From contig NC_043003.1 of NCBI RefSeq assembly GCF_006345805.1, forward strand, positions 63,302,001 through 63,366,000: 64,000 nucleotides of DNA, in the 5' to 3' direction. This document shows, in pieces, positions 26,544-39,619 of this stretch. The notes beneath the pieces were generated by a model. The model saw only the letters and a program-made list of their open reading frames with translations. It did not search any database and was not told the origin of the DNA. Both the position numbers and the translations under genes were made by a program. Position 1 is the stretch's first letter. Each line of letters begins with the position of its first letter. Origin of the DNA: Octopus sinensis. Its lineage: Eukaryota.

Positions 26544-27339
26544 GTAATTGTTAGAGAGGACAAACATCAAGGCAAGGCAAACATCTCAAGTTATATACAT
26601 TATTATTACTGGAAAAAGTTCAAAGTCTTACAGCTGTTTCTGGGATATCCAGAGTATGGGATATTCCATCATATATATACACAAAATGCTTTTTTCAGTT
26701 TCCATCTACCAAATCCACTCACAAGTCTTTAGTTGGCCCAAGGCTATGGTAGAAGACACTTGTCCAAGGTGCAATGCTGTGGGGGACAGAACCCAGAACC
26801 ATGTGGTTGAGAAACAAGCTTCTTACTTTACAGCCAGGCTTAGGCTTCTTTCAGTTTCCATCTACCAAATCCACATACAAGTCTTTGGTTGACCCGTGGC
26901 CATAGTAGAAGACACTTGTCCAAGGTGCAATGCAGTGTGACTGAACCTGGAACCATATGGTTGCGAAGCAAGCTTCTTACCTCAGAGCCACACCGACATT
27001 TACTTACACTCTTTTATAACAAAAATCCTGTTACACACTCACAAAGCAACAAATGTATTCTAAAAATAAATATGGAAATGTTGTCATGCTCTTATAGCAG
27101 CTTGACTTATAAACATACTTGCATAACCACATGCAAATAATCACCAGTCCATGTCATTAACACATATACATGCTTGCAGATGCATCCACATCTATTCATG
27201 CACAGGCAGGTAGACACATACAATGTATTTTCCCTTGTTTTATGAGCATACAAAAACAATATAAAATAAAAGGGTGTTTATTTATATATAGGTATTTAAT
27301 TGGCATGTGAACAATTGCATGTGCTACCAGCTTCACTCC

Positions 27340-27545
27340 TTTTCAACTCCTACTGTTACTACTGCTGCTACTGCCACTACCACCACCACACCACCACCAC
27401 CACTATTACTGTCGCCATCACCACACCTGTCATTACAGCCACCACACCTACCACCACTATTTCCACACCTGCAGCCACTGCCACCACCTTGCCTGCTACC
27501 ACCACACCTGTTACCACCACCACCATCATCAACGCACCCACCTCT
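27340..27545. repeat. Degenerate (CCA/CTG)n tract
   Basis: Directly visible. Gives Thr/Pro-rich pseudo-ORFs. Confidence 0.9.
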
Positions 27546-27649
27546 AACACAGCTGGGGGAAGAGATGTAGAAATGTAGAGCATGTCAGAAGTTTTCTTGC
27601 TAAGTTTGGGTGAGACAGAGAGCTTCTAGAACTCAGTTTCAATGATGTG

Positions 27650-27903
27650 GGCGGGTCTTCTCAAGAACTTAATATTGCCAGACATCTCGGTCCATTGTCA
27701 TTTCCTCCGTGAGGTCCAACATCCTGAGATCAGTCCTTACCACTTCATCCCATGTCTTCCTGGGTTTCCTTCTTCTGCGGGTGCCATCCACTTTCAGTGA
27801 TCAGCACTTCTTTATGCAGCTGTCCTCAATCATACGCATCACATATCTAAACTAATGTAGTCTTCTCTCTTACATGCTACTTTTGATTCCACTTATGCCC
27901 AAC
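27650..27903 (-). mobile_element. RTE ORF 3' fragment
   Basis: Similar to 60460-60720 (GTCATTTCCTCCGTGAGG..CCATGTCTTCCTGGGT). Confidence 0.7.
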
Positions 27904-28118
27904 TTTAATAATAATAATAATAATAATATAAATGGGATGGTTGAGTAAAGGAAGGAGATATAGATGGTGGCAAGTACCAGGACATACCCTTGAGATTCGA
28001 ATGACATAATATAAGTGGCAGGATATTGCAAGGGAAGTAGGATTAAAGAGTGTGGAGGCGGGGAGTGACTAGTGAAAACCTGGGTATATATAGAGTTGGC
28101 GGTGGGACTACTGGATAG

Positions 28119-28559
28119 CAATGAAAGCAGAGACTGAAGGTTTCATATTGGCGGTACAAGACCAAAACTTGCTCACAAAAAAAAACAAAAAAACTACCAG
28201 GCTTCAAGACAGTTCTAACCCTAAGTGCAGATTCTGCAACACATTTGACAAAACAATAGACCATCTCATCTCAGGATATCCTGTACTGACACCAAACGAA
28301 AATAAAAATCGCCATGATAGGGTAGGATAGTATTTACATTGGAAAATATGTAAACACTACAAAATCAGCACACGTGCTTATTGGTATAAACATCATCTTG
28401 AACCAGATGTTGAAGGTAAAAATGTCACTATCCTCTGGGATTTTCCAGTCAACACTAACAGAACAATCCAAACTAATCGACCAGACACAATTATTAAAGA
28501 CAGGGAAGAAAATACTTGTAGACTAACAGATGTAGGTGTTCCCACTGATAAAAATATAT
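28119..28559 (+). pseudogene. R4/Dong-like RLE retrotransposon fragment, part 1 (interrupted by Merlin)
   Basis: KAETEGFILAVQDQ..CRFCNTFDKTIDHLISG..RHDRVG..ILWDFPV..NRPDTII..DVGVPTDKNI. Confidence 0.85.
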
Positions 28560-29630
28560 ATGAAAATCCCAAAAATAGACTGGAATAGGTGTAAAACAAT
28601 GTGTAGGAAACGAATATGATGCGTGCAAAGAGGACATCGGAAAATCCATAAGATCCAAGCTTTTCCTTTGTAACTTTTAGGAAAATGGGGTTATTTTCAA
28701 TAAAATTTTATAGAAATTCCTTTCAAACGGCATACATCAGGATTATAAAGAAATTTATAGGGAAAATCTTTTCCAAGGAGGTAGGAAGAGGACTTCGGAA
28801 AATTCCCAAGATTCGAATTTTTCCTGTTATTCCAAAATCACATTCAACTTTCTACAGATACCCTAGCGTAGGACTACTACACTACGTAGTCTTTTTTTTC
28901 TACCCACTTTCAATAATTCTTAATGTTTTGGCTTCATTTTTGTTTCATTTTATCTTCAGTTATTTTTACAATATTTTTAACCCGTCCGTCGTTAATCTCA
29001 TTCACTTGTTATTACTCTCTCTATATATATAGAGAGAGAGACAGATAGATACATATATACATCCATATACATATATATATACACACACATATACAAACAC
29101 ACATATATTAGAAGAAATTAGGTACTCAGAAATATATATACATACATATACAGACACGCTTCCGAAGAAATCTTTTTTAAAACATGCACTTTTGAAGATG
29201 AGGTACAAAACTGCATCAGCCCCATTTCTTTACAAATATTTTAAGATGACATTTTGCAGAGTGTGTATTATACATTAGATTGAAAAAATCAAAGAAGTTT
29301 GAACAGAATAATAACCGAACACCGAAGTTATAAATCTCAAAACGAAGTTATAAAAATTAGTGATAACGATGTCTGGAGAAAAAAAAAGCCATGATAGTGT
29401 TTGTGTGAAACAAGTTAAAGTGTATTAAAACAATATCTTTTACATACCTACTAGAATTACTGGATATATAAGCCCTAAGATGCAAAACAGTTTTGAAATG
29501 GCATCAAGTGCTTCCACTTTCCTTTAGCAATTTTTCGCGCCCAAATTTTAAACGGGTAACTAATACTCTTCCATCTCGTGTGGAGAGAGAAGATGTGTTT
29601 TGTCATTTATGTACTTGTTTTGGGGCTGTT

Positions 29631-29679
<49 letters not shown>

Positions 29680-32130
29680 TATGCACATTTTCAAATAATT
29701 TCAGGGAAGTGGGTTTCCAGATTCCTATTCTATCCTTTTTTTTTTCGAAGAAAAATTAGGGGTTTGCGGAACAATAAGAGGTATGGGTATGTAATTACAT
29801 GCGAGAAATCCGAGAGGTTTTTGTTTTTCATGAACTGTGTGGAGGTGCACCTGTAAAAATTTATCCGAATGGTTTCATAAATATGGTGTTGAATATCGTT
29901 TCATGATAAATTTAAGGGTGATTGAATATCAACACTTCCGTCATACCAATTCTTCCGTGACCTCAGAAACATGGATACAGTCTTCCAGCTCCCAAAAGAA
30001 ACTTATAAAGTCGCTGAGTTGGCGGTGAGATGGTCCGTATAAAAAGTAACCTAACGACATACTGTTTGAGATACATCGGTCTCATTCCGGGGCGAACGAT
30101 GCACTTTTTCAGGCTTCCCCATAAACGCTCAATATTCTGAGTGTGAATAGCTGGGTTATGGGGATCCACAAAGTGTTTACCGTGATTAACTTGATAGTAT
30201 GTATAATCCCATGCTGCTCAAGTTACTATACGCACGCCAACGCTCACTATAAATAATTGATCCCGGCCTGACGTAGCATCTAATAATAGGAATGAGGGTG
30301 TCAGCATCACTTCTGTTGCCCTCACCACATTAGGTCAAAAGTGGGACCATAAATGCTCTCTTCGTCAAGCGTTCCAGTCCACCAAAAAGCCAAACCGTTT
30401 TGATTATTCTGCCGCGTTAATATTTTCGATGGACCAGAACCGTTTCATCGATCCCAGTTTCAACACCAATTCCTCCGATCATATTTTAGTGGTTTTCTGC
30501 CGAAAACTGGGAGATCTCAGCACAGAAAGACCGCCAATCTACTAAGGTTTTACGGCAGAATCCAAGATTTTCCTCGATTAATCTGTGCGACCAAGCTGCA
30601 CTGAGGAAGTGGTTCACGAAAAGCAAAATATTCGAAGGCGGAACATGGGTGTTTTTTAGAAAGGAGTTCTCAATAAAGATTCAAAATATCCACACTCCCT
30701 TCTGGATTGGCGACGTCGTCGTACAATCCTAAGGCAACCCCACATGTTCGTTCCCTTGCGCAAAATACATGGAAAATTACATGGACTACTGTGGGCAAAC
30801 GGCAAGACACCATGTTCAATGAAAAATGTAATGGCAGTATTATTTTTACCGTGGAAACGGAGAACTCCTCTATAAAGAGTGACATTGCAATAGTCGCAGA
30901 GAGCCATAGTGTTAGAGCAAAATTAGGATTTTGTGTCTGTGCGCGCACGTATTTAAGAGAGAAAGGGAGAAATAGTGAGTGAAGGTGATGATGGATGTCT
31001 TTTAAGGAACATACTCATATAGAAAATGTGACGTCATCATGGTCGTCGTATAAAATGATACCCAATACGTGAACATCGACAACTTTGTTTTGGAATGCAT
31101 AAGGAATATATGAACCCTGAAAAACTCCAAAATTGATCCACACACCCCTCCCTACTCAGCAATAAAGGGTGCGCGGGCGCAACAATCTTTGTGGCTCACA
31201 GAAAATGAACGGCTAAAACAAGTGAAACAGCATTTTATACATACCTGTTGCATACGTCGGGCTTGTTTTTGTTTTGTTTTTTTGCTTTAAAGGCAGCGAT
31301 TCTCATAAAAGCAAACATGATATTGAATAATTCTCCGTCATACGTCTGCTAAAAACTTTAACATACTTCCAAAATGGGACTTCGTCTATGTTTATCTATG
31401 TGTGTCTATGTGTGTGTGTGTGTGTGTGTGGATGTATGTACATATGTATATATATGTATCTACCTCTCTCTTTCTATATATATATAGATAGAGAGAGAGA
31501 GAAAGTAATAACGAGTGAATGAGAATAATGACGGAAGGGTTAAAAAGTGTAAAAATTATTGAAGATAAAATGAAACAAAATTCAAGCCAAAACGTAATAA
31601 ATTATTGAAAGTGGGTAGAAAAAAACACTACGTAGTGTAGTAATACTGCGCAATGGTATCTGTAGAAAGATGAATGTGATTTCGGAATATAAAGAGGAAA
31701 AATTCGAATCTTGGGAATTTTCCGAAGTCCTTGGAAAAGATTTTCCCCACAAATTTCTTTATAATCCTGATGTATGCCGTTTGAAAGGAATTTCTATAAA
31801 ATTTCATTGTAAATAACCCCATTTTCCTAAAAGTTACAAAAGAAAAGCTTGGATCTTGTGAATTATCCGAAGTCCTCTCCCCACCCTCTTGGAAAAGATT
31901 CTCACCTCAAATTTCTTTATAATCATAATGTATGCCGTTAGAAAGGTATTTCTATAAAATTTCATTGAAAAAAACCCCATTTTCCTAAAAGTTACAAAAG
32001 GAAAGCTTGGATCTTGTGAATTATCCGAAGTCCTCTCCCCCCCCCCCGTTGCTTTGCGTGCATTTTTTTTTCATATTCATTTCCTATACATTGTTTCACA
32101 CCCATTCCAGTATATTTTTGGGATTTTCAT
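28560..32130 (-). mobile_element. Merlin (IS1016/ISXO2-like) DNA transposon with very long TIRs
   Basis: The terminus ATGAAAATCCCAAAAATA.ACTGGAAT at 28560 mirrors GGGATTTTCAT at 32130. Inverted similarity extends inward to ~29100 and ~31400, with an internal DDE transposase remnant. Confidence 0.85.
29963..30907 (-). pseudogene. Merlin/ISXO2-like transposase pseudogene
   Basis: IGGIG..IDET..RGR..WLFGGLER..TLIPII..VRPGSIIYS..VNH..FVDP..HTQNIERLWGSLK, plus N-terminal Cys residues. Disrupted by stops and frameshifts. Confidence 0.88.
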
Positions 32131-32159
32131 TTCCAGGTCAAAATGTAAACATTAACTGG

Positions 32160-32514
32160 AAACGGTTAGGAAATTGAAATACAAAAGATGTGCTATCTTA
32201 AAATGAGAACTGTTCCTGTTATTGTGGGTGCCCTAGGTATGATAAAAAAAGGGATGTCAGAAACATCTAAATAAGATCCCAGGAGAACCATGTCTCAGAG
32301 AAATCCAAAAGATCGTGCTAACAAGTACTGCCCACATCCTTAGAAAAATCCTATCCATTTAAATGTCTGCGTTATATTACATGAAGATATTTCACTACTT
32401 CCCTTCCCCAAGCTTTCAGTCATACTATAACATCTCTTATCCTTCATTCACCCCAGGATGTTGGATGTGTCTTGGCAAGTGACTGTAACAAAGATGTAAA
32501 TTAAAAGTAAAAAT
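32160..32514 (+). pseudogene. R4/Dong-like fragment, part 2 (ORF end + 3' UTR)
   Basis: EIEIQKM..TVPVIVGALGMIKK..IPGEPCLREIQKIVLTSTAHILRKILSI*, followed by a UTR and (AAT)n. Confidence 0.85.
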
Positions 32515-32548
32515 GATAATAATAATAATAATAATGATAATAATAATG

Positions 32549-32584
<36 letters not shown>

Positions 32585-32587
<3 letters not shown>

Positions 32588-33133
32588 GCCCTGATGCAGT
32601 ACCAGGCAGTGGCTCTCGTGGCTTCTGATCTTAACTGATTGGAAGTGTTATCATGTACATTGTTTTGTCTTGGTATAAAAGATGGGCTACAGCAAATATT
32701 CTGCTCAATACTACAGATTTGCTTGTCAGTTGTTTGACCGTAACCAGTTGACCATGTCTCTTAATGGCTGACGATATGTGCATCTCTGATCACAAGCAGA
32801 AGTAGTGGGAGAGCATCGTAGCCATATGTTGAGAGGGATTCTTTGGGGTTTGAATAATTCACTTCTGGAAACATGGGTGTTTCGTTCAACATACTTAAAC
32901 AACCCTTATTATTTGAGCGGGATGGGTTTCTTGACCAGAAGAAAATTGTAACTGGGCCCCACCTGCAAGGTCATGTGCTGTTTATCTTGATATGAAATCA
33001 CCATGTCGCGCACATATGATTATGGTGCATGTGCCTAGTGTACCCTTATCAGATGGGTAGTCATGATGGGTATACTGGGCTTCGTATATTTTACCCCAGT
33101 GTCACTTTGATGGCATGTACTGCTCTCTCACTC
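32585..33133 (+). mobile_element. ~550-bp non-coding element in (AAT)n, copy 1
   Basis: Aligns end to end with 57971-58526 (reverse complement). Flanked by (AAT)n on both sides. Confidence 0.85.
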
Positions 33134-33174
<41 letters not shown>

Positions 33175-33699
33175 TATTTGTCTTAATCAGTAAAGGCAAT
33201 GACAATCCTTCACAAGAAGCAACAGTAGGAACTAAATCACCCCTGACAGTAATTCCACTCTGTCTCTTTATGAAGATGGGCCTAAATGGATATTGAAGGG
33301 TATCAGCAGACTGTTATGATAAAGGTATAAAAAGAGTTAAAGCCAACATCTAAATATAGCAACAGAAAGAGTGAGGAATGGAACATTGCAGGGAAAAGAA
33401 GTGGAGATAGTCCCTGGAGAGGAGTCAATCTCTACAAAAGGGAACTCATCTCAACAGAGAAGAAATAGAACTTCAACTAGCTCGAAATGGGGTTTGTAAA
33501 CATTCAAAAGGTCAATAATGGGTGCAAAAGAATTCTAGTACTCTTAGAGTAAGTGTGTTAGGATGTCCCAAATAAAGTGCTGACTGAGCAGGAGATGGCA
33601 TAAAAAAATATTAGTAAAATTTTCCAAATGTACTTATATCATTTTACATGTCATCTATCCACATGATTACTCTAGAATTACCAATATCATACATTCTTT

Positions 33700-33935
33700 A
33701 AGGCAGAGAGCTTGCAGAAACGTTAGTATGCCAGGCAAAATGCTTAGTAGTATTTCGTTTGTCTTTACGTTCTGAGTTCAAGTTCTGCCAAAGTTGACTT
33801 TGCCTTTCATCCTTTCAGGGTTGATAAATTAAGTACTAGTTACGCACTGGGGTTGATGTAATCGACTTGATTCTTTTGTCTGTCCTTGTTTGTCCCCTCT
33901 CTGTTTAGCCCCTTGTGGGCAATAAAGAAATAAGA
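33700..33935 (+). mobile_element. SINE family 2, full length
   Basis: Same head, central block and tail as 15982-16217. Confidence 0.85.
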
Positions 33936-34693
33936 AACATTCAAATTCTACCAAAGGATGTAAACAAACACTTGTTGGTCAAGTGGTGGTGGAGACAAAC
34001 ACTAATACAAAAACACACTCATTTACCCCCCCCCCCCCCCAAACCACACATACATACATGCACATACACACAAAACAGGTTTCTTTCAATTTCCATCTAC
34101 CAAGTTCACTCACAAGGCTTCGGTTGGCCAGGGCTATTGAAGACTGTATCTGCCTAAGGTGCAATGCAGTGTGTAACATGTCTTGTGTTACTTATATTCC
34201 AAGTTCTAATCCTGCTGAAGGGAGTCAGCTTTGTCTTTCAGCATTGTGAGATCAATAAAACAAAGTGGTCAAGTAGTGGAGTCCCCATAACTAATTCTTA
34301 CCTTCCCTGAATTTGAAACCTTGTCTCTTTTTCATAAGTCATTATTCATTGCATTACAAAGGTGATGAGCTGCCAGAGTCATTAGCACACCAGGTAAAAT
34401 ACTTAGTGGCATTTTATCTGTCTTTACTTTCTCAGTTCAAATTTCACAGAGGTCAACCTTGCCTTTCATCCTTTAAGGGGTTGATAAAATAAGCACCAGT
34501 TGATCACCAGGGTCAATATAATCAAAGTCCTCAAAATTACTGGTCTTCTGCCAAAATTTGAAATCAATATTCATTACATTACCACAAAGCCACACACACA
34601 ACATATATAGATACATACATACATATACATTATATATATATATGTATATATATGTACATATATATATATATGTACATACATATATATACATAC

Positions 34694-34724
<31 letters not shown>

Positions 34725-34786
34725 CACAAACACATATATATACACACATGTATATACACACACACACATATATATACACATATATA

Positions 34787-34847
<61 letters not shown>

Positions 34848-36401
34848 TGTATTTGTAAGTGCACAGTCAATTCAATCAACCAAAACACATGGGTCTTTGG
34901 GCTGATTGAATTGTATATATAGTATCACGTTGTTGACCACAAACCAAGAGATTTGTCCATAACAGCAACAACAACAAGAGCCACGATAATGTTTATAATA
35001 AGAAAAGAAAAAAATGTAAGAAAAAACTTCTAGCAAACCATTCATATCTAAGCAGAAAACAAATTGTACTCTTATAAAGTTCTTACATTCTTAGAAATAT
35101 GATTTCAATTAAAGCCATTTCACTTCACATACATCGCTATTGCCTCTTGGAAAAACCTGAACATTCAATTTCCTCTTTGCTTTTTCTAAAAAGATGAAAA
35201 CTTGTTAATTAAATAAATGTATGACTACTTACACAAACCAAATATCTGTAAGGAGTCACGAAATAACAAACAAGAACAGCAACAACAGCAATAATAATAA
35301 TAATAGTATTAATAATAACAATGACAATGATGATGATGGTGATGCTAGTAAGAATAAGAATGTCTTTAATAACCATGGGGCTTATAAATATATAAAAGGA
35401 AAACTTTAAAGCATAGTTTGTAGAACATGTTAGAGATGAACAAAACAAATTTCTATAAAAATCTGATAAGGATTATAGAACACAAAATGAATATATTTTT
35501 ATATAAAATACTCTAATTAAAACAAAATATAATTTCAAACAATTAAAACAGAACAATGTTAATTGCATACATACAGCAATGGGAAAAACTCATCAGCTAT
35601 GTGCTCAAACTTTGTATATCTGCTACATGATGTATTGAAATGAGATATACTATAAAAAGTCTGTTAGCATTTTCATATTGGTTGTAGTAAAAAGCATTCA
35701 TTGTCCTCTATGCATTTGTGTTTTATACTGTAGTAGACCATACATGAGGTCTTCACCTGAGTTCTGTCTTTTGCTTATATCTTGGATATTGACCCAAAAT
35801 CTTCCTTATCAAATGGGACACTGTCATCATCATCACCATCATCATCGTCGTTTAGCATCCATTTTCCATGCTGTCGTAGGTTGGATGGTTTGACTGGGTA
35901 CTGGCTCCAATCTGATCTGGCAATGCTTCAATCACCAAGCTCCAATCTGATCTGGCAATGCTTCTACAGCTGGATGCCCTTCCTAACGTCAACCACTCAG
36001 AGAGTGTAGTGACTGCTTTTTACATACCACTGGCATGGGAGCCAGTCGGGCAGTACAGGCATCGGCTGCGTTTGGATGGTGCTTTTTACGTGCTACTGGC
36101 ACAGGAGCCAGTCAGGGCATGGGGCTAGCATTGACCACGTTCGGATAGTGCTTTTTATGTGCCACTGGCATAGGGAGTTAGTCAGGTGATCGATTTTTAA
36201 ATACTCAACTTGTTTATCAAGGACCCTTTAGAGTTTAGTAGACTGTGAACTTTATGCTATTTCATTGGATGGGATGGGATCCTCTTTTTCAGGAAGTAAA
36301 TTTATTCTCTCTGAAACAGGAAAAATGATCCACTAATAAAGAGCTACATTTCTACCAAAAAGTTCACAGAAGTGGCTCTGTGGTAAGTAGCTTGCTTACC
36401 A

Positions 36402-36467
36402 ACCTTATCAGATGTGTAGTCATGATGTATATACTGGGCTTCATATATTTTACCCCAGTATCACTCA
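36402..36467 (+). mobile_element. 3' fragment of the 550-bp element
   Basis: CCTTATCAGATG.GTAGTCATGATG..TTTACCCCAGTATCACTC followed by AATAATAAT. Confidence 0.7.
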
Positions 36468-36716
36468 ATAATAATAATGATAATAATCATTTCTACTAAA
36501 AGTACAAGGCCTGAAATTTTGAGGGAGGGGACTAGTCGATTACATCGACCCAAGTGCTTCACTGGTACTTAATTTATCAACCCTGAAAGGATGAAAGGTG
36601 CAGTCAACTTCAGCAGAATTTGAATTCAGATCATAAAGATGGATGAAATGCTGCGAAGCGTTTTCCCAGCATGCAAGTGATTCTGCTAGTTTGCCGCCTT
36701 AATAATAATAATAATA

Positions 36717-36769
<53 letters not shown>

Positions 36770-36770
<1 letters not shown>

Positions 36771-36937
36771 GATCTGCTCTCAGGAGGTCAAGCAGATCTG
36801 CTCTCAGGAGGTCAAGCAGATCTGCTCTCAGGAGGTCAAGCAGATCTGCTCTCAGGAGGTCAAGCAGATCTGCTCTCAGGAGGTCAAGCAGATCTGCTCT
36901 CAGGAGGTCAAGCAGATCTGCTCTCAGGAGGTCAAGC
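36770..36937. repeat. 7 exact copies of a 24-bp unit at the 5' junction of the Dong-like element
   Basis: AGATCTGCTCTCAGGAGGTCAAGC x7, with the last copy in frame with the RT ORF (RSALRRSS-KWKSPG). Confidence 0.97.
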
Positions 36938-39411
36938 AAATGGAAGTCTCCAGGAAAGGATAAAATTCCTAACTTCTGGCTGAATGCCTTCCCAGAGAGC
37001 CATGAACTGCTAACAGAACTGTACAATGATGTTTTGCAACACCCTAGTAGGATGCCTCCTTGGCTAGTTAATGGGTTAACATTCCTGCTTCCAAAAAGTG
37101 AAGAAACAAATGAACCAAAAAACTATAGACCCATAACCTGCTTAACAACTATGTACAAAACACTAACATCTGTCCTGACGGAATATACCTATGGTTTTTT
37201 AACAGACAGCAGCATATTCCCTAATGAACAGAAAGGATGTAAACGTGGATCCTACGGCTGTAAAGACCAACTACTCATCATAAGATGATCTTAGAAGATT
37301 GTCACAAACGACACAAAAACTTATCAATAGCCTGGATAGACTATAAAAAGGCTTTTGATAGCCTACCACATAGCTGGATTAGGAAATGCCTTGAAATGTA
37401 TAAGATAGCACCAACTCTGCGAAACTTCTTGACTGTAAGTATGAGATCATGGAGAACCACACTAACTCTGAACAGTGACAGTGAATCCCTAAATGCTGGT
37501 GATGTAAAAATTTTGTGTGGTATTTTCCAGGGTGACTCACTGTCACCACTCCTCTTTTGTTTATCCTTAATACCTCTCTCAAAGCTGCTCAATGATGCGC
37601 AGTACGGGTATAAAATGTTTGATAAAAATATAAATCATCTCGTTTACATGGATGACTTAAAGCTTTTTGCAAAAAATGATCAACAACTCAAGGGCTTACT
37701 AGCGATAGTCAAACATTCAGTGACGACATCAGAATGCAATTCGGCCTCGATAATGTGCAAAGGCTACCTTTATCAAAGGAAAAATGACAGAAACATCTAA
37801 CGTTAACCTTGACCAACAGAATGTCATAAAAGAACTAGACCCAGCGGAGAGCTACAAGTACCTAGGGATAATTGAAGGGAACGGAATAAGGCATTCAGAG
37901 ATGAAGGAAAGGATCAGGAGAGAATGCTATCGAAGAGTGAGAGCAATACTCAAGACAGAGCTGAATGCAAGAAACAGGATCGAAGCAATCAATGCATTAG
38001 CTATACCAGTCGTGACTTACAGTTTCAATATTGTTAACTGGTCAATTACTGAAATATGTCAGCTCGACAGAAAAATAAGGAAACTGTTGACAATGCATAG
38101 AATGCACCACCCTAAGGCAGATACAGAACGACTCTATCTGCCAAGAAAAGAGGGAGGCCATGGTCTTTTGCAACTGGCAATAACAATGAAGATTGCTACA
38201 ATTGGCCTAGACACCTACCTGAAAAACTCTGAGGACTGGATGCTAAAACTTGTCTCAAAACATGAAAACAAGAAAGCATCATACTCAGTCACAAAACAGG
38301 CAAAGAATATCTAAGTGAATTCCGAATACAACCAATTCGGAATTAGAGATAGATATACAAGAAACAAGCACAGAAAAAGCTAGGCGCATGAAAACCCGTG
38401 CCAAAACTGCGGCCTTAGATATTCTGAATAATAAATGGCAAGAAAAACCTCTCTATGGCAAATACCCAAAGAGAGCGAATAATGCAGATATCGACAAAGC
38501 CCTGACCCATCAATGGCTAATGGCCTCTGGCTTAAAATCTGAAACAGAGGGGTTTATCATAGCAGCTCAAGATCAATGCCTACCAACAAGAAACTACCAG
38601 GCCAACATATAAAGATCAGAAGCAGTCCAACGTGTCGTGTATGCAAGCAACAAAATGAAACCATTGACCATGTGGTCTCCAAGTGCAGTCTTCTAGCGCC
38701 TACAGAGTATCTCAACAGGCACGATAGAGCTGCACAATATATTCACTGGGTAATCTGTAAAAACCTGGATTTGCCCCATGAAAAAAACTGGTGGGAACAC
38801 AAACCACCCCCAGTGCTTGAAAATGACCACATCTCACTCCTCTGGAACTTCACCATTCAAACTGACAGGAAGATAGATGCAAATAGGCCAGACATCATAT
38901 TGAAAAACTTCAAACAAAGAACATGCCTCCTCATTGATATGACTGTCCCAATCGATATAAACGTATCTGTCAAGACCTACCAAAAACTGAGCAAATATAA
39001 AGATCTTGAAATAGAAATCAGCAAAATGTGGAAGCTGAAGACTAAAACAATACCTGTTGTCATAGGTGCCCTGGGAATGATAGCAAAAGGGGCTGATAGC
39101 TACCTAACTCAGATACCAGGAAACCCAAAAATGGCAGAAGTTCAAAAGATAGTGCTCATGGGAACTGCTCATATCCTACGCAAAATACTCTCTATGTAAT
39201 CTCAAGGTTTAAAACAAACATAATTTTCGGTTTAAAAAAAAAAAAAAACCCTTTTTTTTTTTAGACATTCATTAGTACAACATCCCCACCCCCCAAATAT
39301 AGGGCACACTAGGCATAACAACAACATGAACTTCCAACCCTGTTGTCTCTTGAGGTCTCTGGGTGAGACTTGGAGCCAACTTGTACAAATATAAAGCAAA
39401 AGTCAAACATA

Positions 39412-39412
<1 letters not shown>
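36770..39412 (+). mobile_element. 5'-truncated R4/Dong-like non-LTR retrotransposon (RT + CCHC + RLE), frameshifted
   Basis: RT motifs NYRPITCL, DYKKAFDS, GIFQGDSLSP and YMDDLKL; CRVC..H..C knuckle; NRPDI..IDM..KLSKYKDL endonuclease. About six frameshifts. (AAT)n on both flanks. Confidence 0.93.
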
Positions 39413-39444
<32 letters not shown>

Positions 39445-39619
39445 AGTTCTGTATTTAAGAGATGAGGAATTATGTACATTATTTACATTTTATTGATCGT
39501 GAAAGGATGAAAAGCATAGTCAGCTTTGGCAGAAGTTGAACTCAGATAATATGTCACTAAGTATTTCACCCAACATGCTAGTAATAATAATAATAATAAT
39601 AATAATAATCCTTTCTACT

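Noticed and set aside
27300-27583. Mucin-like Thr/Pro-rich ORF
   Set aside because: Degenerate CCA repeat, open in several frames on both strands.
32585-32660. HDV-like ribozyme at the 5' end of the 550-bp element
   Set aside because: A P3/L3-like segment exists, but I could not build P1 and P2 by hand; it needs a computational search.
36770-36937. Regular repeat array as a possible CRISPR
   Set aside because: No spacers; contiguous tandem units in a eukaryotic retrotransposon.
36631-37026. ORF with LLDLLRAD repeats resembling a leucine-rich repeat
   Set aside because: Antisense reading of the 24-bp tandem repeat and (AAT)n.
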